Position numbers and translations under genes: made by a program | Source: Antedon mediterranea | Taxonomy: Eukaryota > Animalia > Echinodermata | DNA: 64,000 nucleotides | NCBI RefSeq assembly: GCF_964355755.1 | Contig: NC_092679.1 | Span: forward strand, 9,392,201 to 9,456,200 | Direction: 5' to 3' | The notes under the pieces: model-generated | What the model saw: only the letters and a program-made list of their open reading frames with translations | Databases searched by the model: none | Told to the model about the DNA's origin: nothing | Part shown: piece by piece, positions 12,901 to 26,249 of the stretch | How the letters are laid out: the number at the start of each line of letters is the position of its first letter | Numbering within the stretch: position 1 is the stretch's first letter

Positions 12901-15900
12901 TGGTGTTTTTGTGTTAACAAGTTTTTCGAAATGCTCAAAATGGTCTAAAACGTTTTTAAACACGATATTAAGCTATTTTGTGCTCTTTGGTGTTTTTTTG
13001 TGAAAAGTTTTAGCAAAATGCTCAAAATGGTCTAAAACGATTTCTAATGTGATTTTAAGCACTTTGATGTTTTTATGTTAACTAGTTTTTTCGAAAATCA
13101 CAAAATGGTCTAAAACGTCTCCAAATGCGATTTGAAGCTATTTTAAGCACTTAGGTGCTTTTGTGTAACCAAGTTTTTTAGAAAATCACAAAAGGGTCTA
13201 AAATGTCTCCAAATGTGATTTGAAGCTATTTTAAGCACTTTGGTGTTTTTGTGTTAACAAGTTTTTCGGAAATCACAAAATTGTCTAAAACGTCTCCAAA
13301 TGCGATTTGAAGCTATTCTGTACACTTTGATGTTTTTATGTTAACAAGTTTTTTAGAAAATCACAAAATGGTCTAAAACATCTCCAAATGCGATTTAAAG
13401 CTATTTTAAGCACTTTGGTGTTTTTATGTTAACAAGTTTTTTCGAAAATCACAAAATGGTCTAAAACGTCTCCAAATGCGATTTGAAGCTATTTTAAGCA
13501 CTTTGGTGTTTTTGTGTTAACAAGTTTTTCGAAATGCTCAAAATGGTCTAAAACGTTTCCAAATGCGATTTGAAGCTATTCTGTACACTTTGATGTTTTG
13601 TGTGAAAATTTTCTGTCGAAATGCTCAAAATGGTCAAAAACGTTTTTAAATACGATATTAAGCTACTTTGTGCTCTTTGATGTTTTTGTGTGAAATGTTT
13701 TATCGAAATGCTCAAAATGGTCTAAAACGGTTTATAATGTGATTTCAAGCACTTTGATGTTTTTGTGTAACCAAGTTTTTCGAAAATCACAAAATTGTCT
13801 AAAACGTCTCCAAATGCGATTTGAAGCTATTCTGTACTCTTTGATGTTTTTATGTTAACAAGTTTTTCGAAAATCACAAAATGGTCTAAAACGTCTCCAA
13901 ATGCGATTTTAAGCTATTCTAAGCACTTTGGTGTTTTTATGTTAACAAGTTTTTTTGAAATCACAAAATGGTCTAAAACGTCTCTAAATGAGATTTGAAG
14001 CTTTTCTGTACATTTTGATGTTTTTATGTTAACAAGTTTTTTCGAAAATCACAAAATGGTCTAAAATGTCTCCAAATGCGATTTGAAGCTATTCTAAGCA
14101 CTTTGGTGTTTTTATGGAAACAATTTTTTTCGAAAATCACAAAATGGTCTAAAACGTCTCCAAATGTGATTTGAAGCTATTCTGTACACTTTGATGTTTT
14201 TATGTTAGCAAGTTTTTTCGAAAATCACAAAATGGTCTAAAACGTCTACAAATGCGATTTGAAGCTAATCTGTACACTTTGATGTTTTTATGTTAACAAG
14301 TTTTTTCGAAAATCACAAAAGGGTCTAAAATGTCTGTAAATGCGATTTGAAGCTATTTAAAGCACTTTGGTGTTTTTAGGTTAACAAGTTTTTTCGAAAA
14401 TCACAAAATGGTCTAAAACGTCTACAAATGCGATTTGAAGCTATTCTAAGCACTTTTGTGTTTTTATGTTAACAAGTTTTTTCGAAAATCACAAAATGGT
14501 CTAAAATGTCTCCAAATGCGATTTGAAGCTATTCTAAGCACTTTGGTGTTTTTATGGAAACAATTTTTTTCGAAAATCACAAAATGGTCTAAAACGTCTC
14601 CAAATGTGATTTGAAGCTATTCTGTACACTTTGATGTTTTTATGTTAGCAAGTTTTTTCGAAAATCACAAAATGGTCTAAAACGTCTACAAATGCGATTT
14701 GTAGCTAATCTGTACACTTTGATGTTTTTATGTTAACAAGTTTTTTCGAAAATCACAAAAGGGTCTAAAATGTCTGTAAATGCGATTTGAAGCTATTTAA
14801 AGCACTTTGGTGTTTTTAGATTAACAAGTTTTTTCGAAAATCACAAAATGGTCTAAAACGTCTACAAATGCGATTTGAAGCTATTCTAAGCACTTTTGTG
14901 TTTTTATGTTAACAAGTTTTTTCGAAAATCACAAAATGGTCTAAAACGTCTCCAAATGCGATTTGAAGCTATTTTAAGCACTTTGGTGTTTTTGTGTTAA
15001 CAAGTTTTTCGAAAATCACAAAATGGTCTAAAACGTTTCCAAATGCGATTTGAAGCTATTCTGTACACTTTGATGTTTTGTGTGAAAATTTTCTTTCGAA
15101 ATTCTCAAAATGGTCAAAAACGTTTTTAAATACGATATTAAGCTACTTTGTGCTCTTTGATGTTTTTGTGTGAAATGTTTTATCGAAATGCTCAAAATGG
15201 TCTAAAACGGTTTCTAATGTGATTTCAAGCACTTTGATGTTTTTGTGTAACCAAGTTTTTCGAAAATCACAAAATTGTCTAAAACGTCTCCAAATGCGAT
15301 TTGAAGCTATTCTGTACACTTTGATGTTTTTATGTTAACAAGTTTTTCGAAAATCACAAAATGGTCTAAAACGTCTCCAAATGCGATTTGAAGCTATTCT
15401 GTACACTTTGATGTTTTTATGTTAACAAGTTTTTCGAAAATCACAAAATGGTCTAAAACGTCTCTAAATGCGATTTGAAGCTTTTCTGTACACTTTAATG
15501 TTTTTATGTTAACTTTTTTCGAAAATCACAAAATGGTCTAAATTTTCTCCAAATGCGATTTGAAGCTATTCTAAGCACTTTGATGTTTTTATGTTAACAA
15601 GTTTTTTCGAAAATCACAAAATGGTCTAAAACGTCTCCAATAGCGATTTTAAGCTATTCTGTACACTTTGATGTTTTTATGTTAACAAGTTTTTCGAAAA
15701 TCACAAAATGGTCTAAAATGCGATTTTAAGCTATTCTAAGCACTTTGGTGTTTTTATGTTAACAAGTTTTTTTGAAAATCACAAAATGGTCTAAAACGTC
15801 TCTAAATGCGATTTGAAGCTTTTCTGTACACTTTGATGTTTTTATGTTAACAACTTTTTTCGAAAATCACAAAATGGTCTAAAATGTCTCCAAATGCGAT

Positions 15901-18900
15901 TTGAAGCTATTCTAAGCACTTTGGTGTTTTTATGGAAACAATTTTTTTCGAAAATCACAAAATGGTCTAAAACGTCTCCAATAGCGATTTGAAGCTTTTC
16001 TGTACACTTTGGTGTTTTTATGTTAACAAGTTTTTTCGAAAATCACAAAATGGTCTAAAACGTCTCCAAATGCGATTTGAAGCTAATCTGTACACTTTGA
16101 TGTTTTTATGTTAACAAGTTTTTTCGAAAATCACAAAATGGTCTAAAACGTTTCAAAATGCGATTTGAAGCTTTTCTTTACACTTTGGTGTTTTTATGTT
16201 AACAAGTTTTTTCGAAAATCACAAAATGGTCTAAAACGTCTCCAAATGCGATTTGAAGCTATTCTGTACACTTTGATGTTTTTATGTTAACAAGTTTTTT
16301 CGAAGATCACAAAATTGTCTAAAACGTCTACAAATGCAATTTGAAGCTATTCTAAACACTTTTGTGTTTTTATGTTAACAAGTTTTTTTCGAAAATCACA
16401 AAATGGTCTAAAACGTCTGCAAATGCGATTTTAAACTATTCTTAGCACATTGGTGTTTTTATTTAAACAAATTTTTTCGAAACTCACAAAATGGTCTAAA
16501 ACGTCTCCAAATGCGATTTGAAGCTATTTTAAGCACTTTGGTGTTTTTGTGTTAACAAGTTTTTCGAAATGCTCAAAATGGTCTAAAACGTTTTTAAACA
16601 CGATATTAAGCTATTTTGTGCTCTTTGATGTTTTTTTGTGAAAAGTTTTAGCAAAATGCTCAAAATGGTCTAAAACGATTTCTAATGTGATTTTAAGAAC
16701 TTTGATGTTTTTATGTTAACTAGTTTTTTCGAAAATCACAAAATGGTCTAAAACGTCTCCTAATGCGATTTGAAGCTATTTTAAGCACTTAGGTGCTTTT
16801 GTGTAACCAAGTTTTTTTGAAAATCACAAAAGGGTCTAAAATGTCTCCAAATGTGATTTGAAGCTATTTTAAGCACTTTGGTGTTTTTGTGTTAACAAGT
16901 TTTTCGGAAATCACAAAATTGTCTAAAACGTCTCCAAATGCGATTTGAAGCTATTCTGTACACTTTGATGTTTTTATGTTAACAAGTTTTTTAGAAAATC
17001 ACAAAATGGTCTAAAACATCTCCAAATGCGATTTAAAGCTATTTTAAGCACTTTGGTGTTTTTATGTTAACAAGTTTTTTCGAAAATCACAAAATGGTCT
17101 AAAACGTCTCCAAATGCGATTTGAAGCTATTTTAAGCACTTTGGTGTTTTTGTGTTAACAAGTTTTTCGAAATGCTCAAAATGGTCTAAAACGTTTCCAA
17201 ATGCGATTTGAAGCTATTCTGTACACTTTGATGTTTTGTGTGAAAATTTTCTGTCGAAATGCTCAAAATGGTCAAAAACGTTTTTAAATACGATATTAAG
17301 CTACTTTGTGCTCTTTGATGTTTTTGTGTGAAATGTTTTATCGAAATGCTCAAAATGGTCTAAAACGGTTTCTAATGTGATTTCAAGCACTTTGATGTTT
17401 TTGTGTAACCAAGTTTTTCGAAAATCACAAAATTGTCTAAAACGTCTCCAAATGCGATTTGAAGCTATTCTGTACTCTTTGATTTTTTTATTTTAACAAG
17501 TTTTTCGAAAATCACAAAATGGTCTAAAACGTCTCCAAATGCGATTTTAAGCTATTCTAAGCACTTTGGTGTTTTTATGTTAACAAGTTTTTTTGAAAAT
17601 CACAAAATGGTCTAAAACGTCTCTAAATGAGATTTGAAGCTTTTCTGTACACTTTGATGTTTTTATGTTAACAAGTTTTTTCGAAAATCACAAAATGGTC
17701 TAAAATGTCTCCAAATGCGATTTGAAGCTATTCTAAGCACTTTGGTGTTTTTATGGAAACAATTTTTTTCGAAAATCACAAAATGGTCTAAAACGTCTCC
17801 AAATGTGATTTGAAGCTATTCTGTACACTTTGATGTTTTTATGTTAACAAGTTTTTTCGAAAATCACAAAATGGTCTAAAACGTCTACAAATGCGATTTG
17901 AAGCTATACTGTACACTTTGATGCTTTTATGTTAACAAGTTTTTTCGAAAATCACAAAATGGTCTAAAACGTTTCCAAATGCGATTTGAAGCTATTCTGT
18001 ACACTTTGATGTTTTGTGTGAAAATTTTCTGTCGAAATGCTCAAAATGGTCAAAAACGTTTTTAAATACGATATTAAGCTACTTTGTGCTCTTTGATGTT
18101 TTTGTGTGAAATGTTTTATCGAAATGCTCAAAATGGTCTAAAACGGTTTCTAATGTGATTTCAAGCACTTTGATGTTTTTGTGTAACCAAGTTTTTCGAA
18201 AATCACAAAATTGTCTAAAACGTCTCCAAATGCGATTTGAAGCTATTCTGTACACTTTGATGTTTTTATGTTAACAAGTTTTTCGAAAATCACAAAATGG
18301 TCTAAAACGTCTCCAAATGCGATTTGAAGCTATTCTGTACACTTTGATGTTTTTATGTTAACAAGTTTTTCGAAAATCACAAAATGGTCTAAAACGTCTC
18401 TAAATGCGATTTGAAGCTTTTCTGTACACTTTGATGTTTTTATGTTAACAACTTTTTTCGAAAATCACAAAATGGTCTAAAATGTCTCCAAATGCGATTT
18501 GAAGCTATTCTAAGCACTTTGGTGTTTTTATGTTAACAAGTTTTTTCGAAAATCACAAAATGGTCTAAAACGTCTCCAAATGCGATTTGAAGCTATTCTG
18601 TACACTTTGATGTTTTTATGTTAACAAGTTTTTTCGAAAATCACAAAATGGTCTAAAACGTCTACAAATGCGATTTGAAGCTATTCTGTACACTTTGATG
18701 TTTTTATGTTAACAAGTTTTTTCGAAAATCACAAAATGGTCTAAAACGTTTCCAAATGCGATTTGAAGCTATTCTGTACACTTTGATGTTTTGTGTGAAA
18801 ATTTTCTTTCGAAATGCTCAAAATGGTCAAAAACGTTTTTAAATACGATATTAAGCTACTTTGTGCTCTTTGATGTTTTTGTGTGAAATGTTTTATCGAA

Positions 18901-21340
18901 ATGCTCAAAATGGTGTAAAACGGTTTCTAATGTGATTTCAAGCACTTTGATGTTTTTGTGTAACCAAGTTTTTCGAAAATCACAAAATTGTCTAAAACGT
19001 CTCCAAATGCGATTTGAAGCTATTCTGTACACTTTGATGTTTTTATGTTAACAAGTTTTTCGAAAATCACAAAATGGTCTAAAACATCTCCAAATTCGAT
19101 TTGAAGCTATTCTGTACACTTTGATGTTTTTATGTTAACAAGTTTTTCGAAAATCACAAAATGGTCTAAAACGTCTCTAAATGCGATTTGAAGCTTTTCT
19201 GTACACTTTGATGTTTTTATGTTAACAACTTTTTTCGAAAATCACAAAATGGTCTAAAATGTCTCCAAATGCGATTTGAAGCTATTCTAAGCACTTTGAT
19301 GTTTTTATGTTACCAAGTTTTTTCGAAAATCACAAAATGGTCTAAAATGTCTCCAATAGCGATTTTAAGCTATTCTGTACACTTTGATGTTTTTATGTTA
19401 ACAAGTTTTTCGAAAATCACAAAATGGTCTAAAACGTCTCCAAATGCGATTTTAAGCTATTCTAAGCACTTTGGTGTTTTTATGTTAACAAGTTTTTTTG
19501 AAAATCACAAAATGGTCTAAAACGTCTCTAAATGCGATTTGAAGCTTTTCTGTACACTTTGATGTTTTTATGTTAACAACTTTTTTCGAAAATCACAAAA
19601 TGGTCTAAAATGTCTCCAAATGCGATTTGAAGCTATTCTAAGCACTTTGGTGTTTTTATGGAAACAATTTTTTTCGAAAATCACAAAATGGTCTAAAACG
19701 TCTCCAATAGCGATTTGAAGCTTTTCTGTACACTTTGGTGTTTTTATGTTAACAAGTTTTTTCGAAAATCACAAAATGGTCTAAAACGTCTCCAAATGCG
19801 ATTTGAAGCTAATCTGTACACTTTGATGTTTTTATGTTAACAAGTTTTTTCGAAAATCACAAAATGGTCTAAAACGTTTCCAAATGCGATTTGAAGCTTT
19901 TCTTTACACTTTGGTGTTTTTATGTTAACAAGTTTTTTCGAAAATCACAAAATGGTCTAAAACGTCTCCAAATGCGATTTGAAGCTATTCTGTACACTTT
20001 GATGTTTTTATGTTAACAAGTTTTTTCGAAGATCACAAAATGGTCTAAAACGTCTACAAATGCAATTTGAAGCTATTCTAAGCACTTTTGTGTTTTTATG
20101 TTAACAAGTTTTTTCGAAAATCACAAAATGGTCTAAAACGTCTGCAAATGCGATTTTAAACTATTCTTAGCACATTGGTGTTTTTATTTAAACAAATTTT
20201 TTCGAAACTCACAAAATGGTCTAAAACGTCTCCAAATGCGATTTGAAGCTATTTTAAGCACTTTGGTGTTTTTGTGTTAACAAGTTTTTCGAAATGCTCA
20301 AAATGGTCTAAAACGTTTTTAAACACGATATTAAGCTATTTTGTGCTCTTTGGTGTTTTTTTGTGAAAAGTTTTAGCAAAATGCTCAAAATGGTCTAAAA
20401 CGATTTCTAATGTGATTTTAAGCACTTTGATGTTTTTATGTTAACTAGTTTTTTCGAAAATCACAAAATGGTCTAAAACGTCTCCAAATGCGATTTGAAG
20501 CTATTTTAAGCACTTAGGTGCTTTTGTGTAACCAAGTTTTTTAGAAAATCACAAAAGGGTCTAAAATGTCTCCAAATGTGATTTGAAGCTATTTTAAGCA
20601 CTTTGGTGTTTTTGTGTTAACAAGTTTTTCGGAAATCACAAAATTGTCTAAAACGTCTCCAAATGCGATTTGAAGCTATTCTGTACACTTTGATGTTTTT
20701 ATGTTAACAAGTTTTTTAGAAAATCACAAAATGGTCTAAAACATCTCCAAATGCGATTTAAAGCTATTTTAAGCACTTTGGTGTTTTTATGTTAACAAGT
20801 TTTTTCGAAAATCACAAAATGGTCTAAAACGTCTCCAAATGCGATTTGAAGCTATTTTAAGCACTTTGGTGTTTTTGTGTTAACAAGTTTTTCGAAATGC
20901 TCAAAATGGTCTAAAACGTTTCCAAATGCGATTTGAAGCTATTCTGTACACTTTGATGTTTTGTGTGAAAATTTTCTGTCGAAATGCTCAAAATGGTCAA
21001 AAACGTTTTTAAATACGATATTAAGCTACTTTGTGCTCTTTGATGTTTTTGTGTGAAATGTTTTATCGAAATGCTCAAAATGGTCTAAAACGGTTTATAA
21101 TGTGATTTCAAGCACTTTGATGTTTTTGTGTAACCAAGTTTTTCGAAAATCACAAAATTGTCTAAAACGTCTCCAAATGCGATTTGAAGCTATTCTGTAC
21201 TCTTTGATGTTTTTATGTTAACAAGTTTTTCGAAAATCACAAAATGGTCTAAAACGTCTCCAAATGCGATTTTAAGCTATTCTAAGCACTTTGGTGTTTT
21301 TATGTTAACAAGTTTTTTTGAAATCACAAAATGGTCTAAA
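6960..21340 (+). repeat. Tandem duplication, unit 7363 bp (about 85 monomers: 25+9+9+25+17)
   Basis: Constant offset 7363 for markers 7717/15080, 9875/17238, 10653/18016, 11430/18793, 13600/20963, for ORFs 11906/19269, and for private variants 8356/15719 and 9335/16698. Confidence 0.9.
11430..13599 (+). repeat. Long HOR unit, about 25 monomers (2158-2170 bp)
   Basis: Marker-to-marker distances are 2170 (11430, 18793, 37679), 2158 (7717, 15080, 33966, 58716) and 2168 (43583), each with the same order of variant monomers including cassette 2. Confidence 0.85.
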
Positions 21341-24300
21341 ACGTCTCCAAATGCGATTTGAAGCTATTTTAAGCACTTTGGTGTTTTTGTGTTAACAAGT
21401 TTTTCGAAATGCTCAAAATGGTCTAAAACGTTTCCAAATGCGATTTGAAGCTATTCTGTACACTTTGATGTTTTGTGTGAAAATTTTCTGTCGAAATGCT
21501 CAAAATGGTCAAAAACGTTTTTAAATACGATATTAAGCTACTTTGTGCTCTTTGATGTTTTTGTGTGAAATGTTTTATCGAAATGCTCAAAATGGTCTAA
21601 AACGGTTTATAATGTGATTTCAAGCACTTTGATGTTTTTGTGTAACCAAGTTTTTCGAAAATCACAAAATTGTCTAAAACGTCTCCAAATGCGATTTGAA
21701 GCTATTCTGTACTCTTTGATGTTTTTATGTTAACAAGTTTTTCGAAAATCACAAAATGGTCTAAAACGTCTCCAAATGCGATTTTAAGCTATTCTAAGCA
21801 CTTTGGTGTTTTTATGTTAACAAGTTTTTTTGAAATCACAAAATGGTCTAAAACGTCTCTAAATGAGATTTGAAGCTTTTCTGTACATTTTGATGTTTTT
21901 ATGTTAACAAGTTTTTTCGAAAATCACAAAATGGTCTAAAATGTCTCCAAATGCGATTTGAAGCTATTCTAAGCACTTTGGTGTTTTTATGGAAACAATT
22001 TTTTTCGAAAATCACAAAATGGTCTAAAACGTCTCCAAATGTGATTTGAAGCTATTCTGTACACTTTGATGTTTTTATGTTAGCAAGTTTTTTCGAAAAT
22101 CACAAAATGGTCTAAAACGTCTACAAATGCGATTTGAAGCTAATCTGTACACTTTGATGTTTTTATGTTAACAAGTTTTTTCGAAAATCACAAAAGGGTC
22201 TAAAATGTCTGTAAATGCGATTTGAAGCTATTTAAAGCACTTTGGTGTTTTTAGGTTAACAAGTTTTTTCGAAAATCACAAAATGGTCTAAAACGTCTAC
22301 AAATGCGATTTGAAGCTATTCTAAGCACTTTTGTGTTTTTATGTTAACAAGTTTTTTCGAAAATCACAAAATGGTCTAAAATGTCTCCAAATGCGATTTG
22401 AAGCTATTCTAAGCACTTTGGTGTTTTTATGGAAACAATTTTTTTCGAAAATCACAAAATGGTCTAAAACGTCTCCAAATGTGATTTGAAGCTATTCTGT
22501 ACACTTTGATGTTTTTATGTTAGCAAGTTTTTTCGAAAATCACAAAATGGTCTAAAACGTCTACAAATGCGATTTGAAGCTAATCTGTACACTTTGATGT
22601 TTTTATGTTAACAAGTTTTTTCGAAAATCACAAAAGGGTCTAAAATGTCTGTAAATGCGATTTGAAGCTATTTAAAGCACTTTGGTGTTTTTAGATTAAC
22701 AAGTTTTTTCGAAAATCACAAAATGGTCTAAAACGTCTACAAATGCGATTTGAAGCTATTCTAAGCACTTTTGTGTTTTTATGTTAACAAGTTTTTTCGA
22801 AAATCACAAAATGGTCTAAAACGTCTCCAAATGCGATTTGAAGCTATTTTAAGCACTTTGGTGTTTTTGTGTTAACAAGTTTTTCGAAAATCACAAAATG
22901 GTCTAAAACGTTTCCAAATGCGATTTGAAGCTATTCTGTACACTTTGATGTTTTGTGTGAAAATTTTCTTTCGAAATGCTCAAAATGGTCAAAAACGTTT
23001 TTAAATACGATATTAAGCTACTTTGTGCTCTTTGATGTTTTTGTGTGAAATGTTTTATCGAAATGCTCAAAATGGTCTAAAACGGTTTCTAATGTGATTT
23101 CAAGCACTTTGATGTTTTTGTGTAACCAAGTTTTTCGAAAATCACAAAATTGTCTAAAACGTCTCCAAATGCGATTTGAAGCTATTCTGTACACTTTGAT
23201 GTTTTTATGTTAACAAGTTTTTCGAAAATCACAAAATGGTCTAAAACGTCTCCAAATGCGATTTGAAGCTATTCTGTACACTTTGATGTTTTTATGTTAA
23301 CAAGTTTTTCGAAAATCACAAAATGGTCTAAAACGTCTCTAAATGCGATTTGAAGCTTTTCTGTACACTTTAATGTTTTTATGTTAACTTTTTTCGAAAA
23401 TCACAAAATGGTCTAAATTTTCTCCAAATGCGATTTGAAGCTATTCTAAGCACTTTGATGTTTTTATGTTAACAAGTTTTTTCGAAAATCACAAAATGGT
23501 CTAAAACGTCTCCAATAGCGATTTTAAGCTATTCTGTACACTTTGATGTTTTTATGTTAACAAGTTTTTCGAAAATCACAAAATGGTCTAAAACGTCTCC
23601 AAATGCGATTTTAAGCTATTCTAAGCACTTTGGTGTTTTTATGTTAACAAGTTTTTTCGAAAATCACAAAATGGTCTAAAACGTCTCCAAATGCGATTTG
23701 AAGCTATTTTAAGCACTTTGGTGTTTTTGTGTTAACAAGTTTTTCGAAATGCTCAAAATGGTCTAAAACGTTTCCAAATGCGATTTGAAGCTATTCTGTA
23801 CACTTTGATGTTTTGTGTGAAAATTTTCTGTCGAAATGCTCAAAATGGTCAAAAACGTTTTTAAATACGATATTAAGCTACTTTGTGCTCTTTGATGTTT
23901 TTGTGTGAAATGTTTTATCGAAATGCTCAAAATGGTCTAAAACGGTTTATAATGTGATTTCAAGCACTTTGATGTTTTTGTGTAACCAAGTTTTTCGAAA
24001 ATCACAAAATTGTCTAAAACGTCTCCAAATGCGATTTGAAGCTATTCTGTACTCTTTGATGTTTTTATGTTAACAAGTTTTTCGAAAATCACAAAATGGT
24101 CTAAAACGTCTCCAAATGCGATTTTAAGCTATTCTAAGCACTTTGGTGTTTTTATGTTAACAAGTTTTTTTGAAATCACAAAATGGTCTAAAACGTCTCT
24201 AAATGAGATTTGAAGCTTTTCTGTACATTTTGATGTTTTTATGTTAACAAGTTTTTTCGAAAATCACAAAATGGTCTAAAATGTCTCCAAATGCGATTTG

Positions 24301-26249
24301 AAGCTATTCTAAGCACTTTGGTGTTTTTATGGAAACAATTTTTTTCGAAAATCACAAAATGGTCTAAAACGTCTCCAAATGTGATTTGAAGCTATTCTGT
24401 ACACTTTGATGTTTTTATGTTAGCAAGTTTTTTCGAAAATCACAAAATGGTCTAAAACGTCTACAAATGCGATTTGAAGCTAATCTGTACACTTTGATGT
24501 TTTTATGTTAACAAGTTTTTTCGAAAATCACAAAAGGGTCTAAAATGTCTGTAAATGCGATTTGAAGCTATTTAAAGCACTTTGGTGTTTTTAGGTTAAC
24601 AAGTTTTTTCGAAAATCACAAAATGGTCTAAAACGTCTACAAATGCGATTTGAAGCTATTCTAAGCACTTTTGTGTTTTTATGTTAACAAGTTTTTTCGA
24701 AAATCACAAAATGGTCTAAAATGTCTCCAAATGCGATTTGAAGCTATTCTAAGCACTTTGGTGTTTTTATGGAAACAATTTTTTTCGAAAATCACAAAAT
24801 GGTCTAAAACGTCTCCAAATGTGATTTGAAGCTATTCTGTACACTTTGATGTTTTTATGTTAGCAAGTTTTTTCGAAAATCACAAAATGGTCTAAAACGT
24901 CTACAAATGCGATTTGAAGCTAAACTGTACACTTTGATGTTTTTATGTTAACAAGTTTTTTCGAAAATCACAAAAGGGTCTAAAATGTCTGTAAATGCGA
25001 TTTGAAGCTATTTAAAGCACTTTGGTGTTTTTAGATTAACAAGTTTTTTCGAAAATCACAAAATGGTCTAAAACGTCTACAAATGCGATTTGAAGCTATT
25101 CTAAGCACTTTTGTGTTTTTATGTTAACAAGTTTTTTCGAAAATCACAAAATGGTCTAAAACGTCTCCAAATGTGATTTGAAGCTATTCTGTACACTTTG
25201 ATGTTTTTATGTTAACAAGTTTTTCGAAAATCACAAAATGGTCTAAAACGTCTCTAATAGCGATTTTAAGCTATTCTGTACACTTTGATGTTTTTATGTT
25301 AACAAGTTTTTTCGAAGATCACAAAATGGTCTAAAACGTCTACAAATGCAATTTGAAGCTATTCTAAGCACTTTTGTGTTTTTATGTTAACAAGTTTTTT
25401 TCGAAAATCACAAAATGGTCTAAAACGTCTGCAAATGCGATTTTAAACTATTCTTAGCACATTGGTGTTTTTATTTAAACAAATTTTTTCGAAACTCACA
25501 AAATGGTCTAAAACGTCTCCAAATGCGATTTGAAGCTATTTTAAGCACTTTGGTGTTTTTGTGTTAACAAGTTTTTCGAAATGCTCAAAATGGTCTAAAA
25601 CGTTTTTAAACACGATATTAAGCTATTTTGTGCTCTTTGATGTTTTTTTGTGAAAAGTTTTAGCAAAATGCTCAAAATGGTCTAAAACGATTTCTATTGT
25701 GATTTTAAGCACTTTGATGTTTTTATGTTAACTAGTTTTTTCGAAAATCACAAAATGGTCTAAAACGTCTCCAAATGCGATTTGAAGCTATTTTAAGCAC
25801 TTAGGTGCTTTTGTGTAACCAAGTTTTTTTGAAAATCACAAAAGGGTCTAAAATGTCTCCAAATGTGATTTGAAGCTATTTTAAGCACTTTGGTGTTTTT
25901 GTGTTAACAAGTTTTTCGGAAATCACAAAATTGTCTAAAACGTCTCCAAATGCGATTTGAAGCTATTCTGTACACTTTGATGTTTTTATGTTAACAAGTT
26001 TTTTAGAAAATCACAAAATGGTCTAAAACATCTCCAAATGCGATTTAAAGCTATTTTAAGCACTTTTGTGTTTTTATGTTAACAAGTTTTTTCGAAAATC
26101 ACAAAATGGTCTAAAACGTCTCCAAATGCGATTTGAAGCTATTTTAAGCACTTTGGTGTTTTTGTGTTAACAAGTTTTTCGAAATGCTCAAAATGGTCTA
26201 AAACGTTTCCAAATGCGATTTGAAGCTATTCTGTACACTTTGATGTTTT

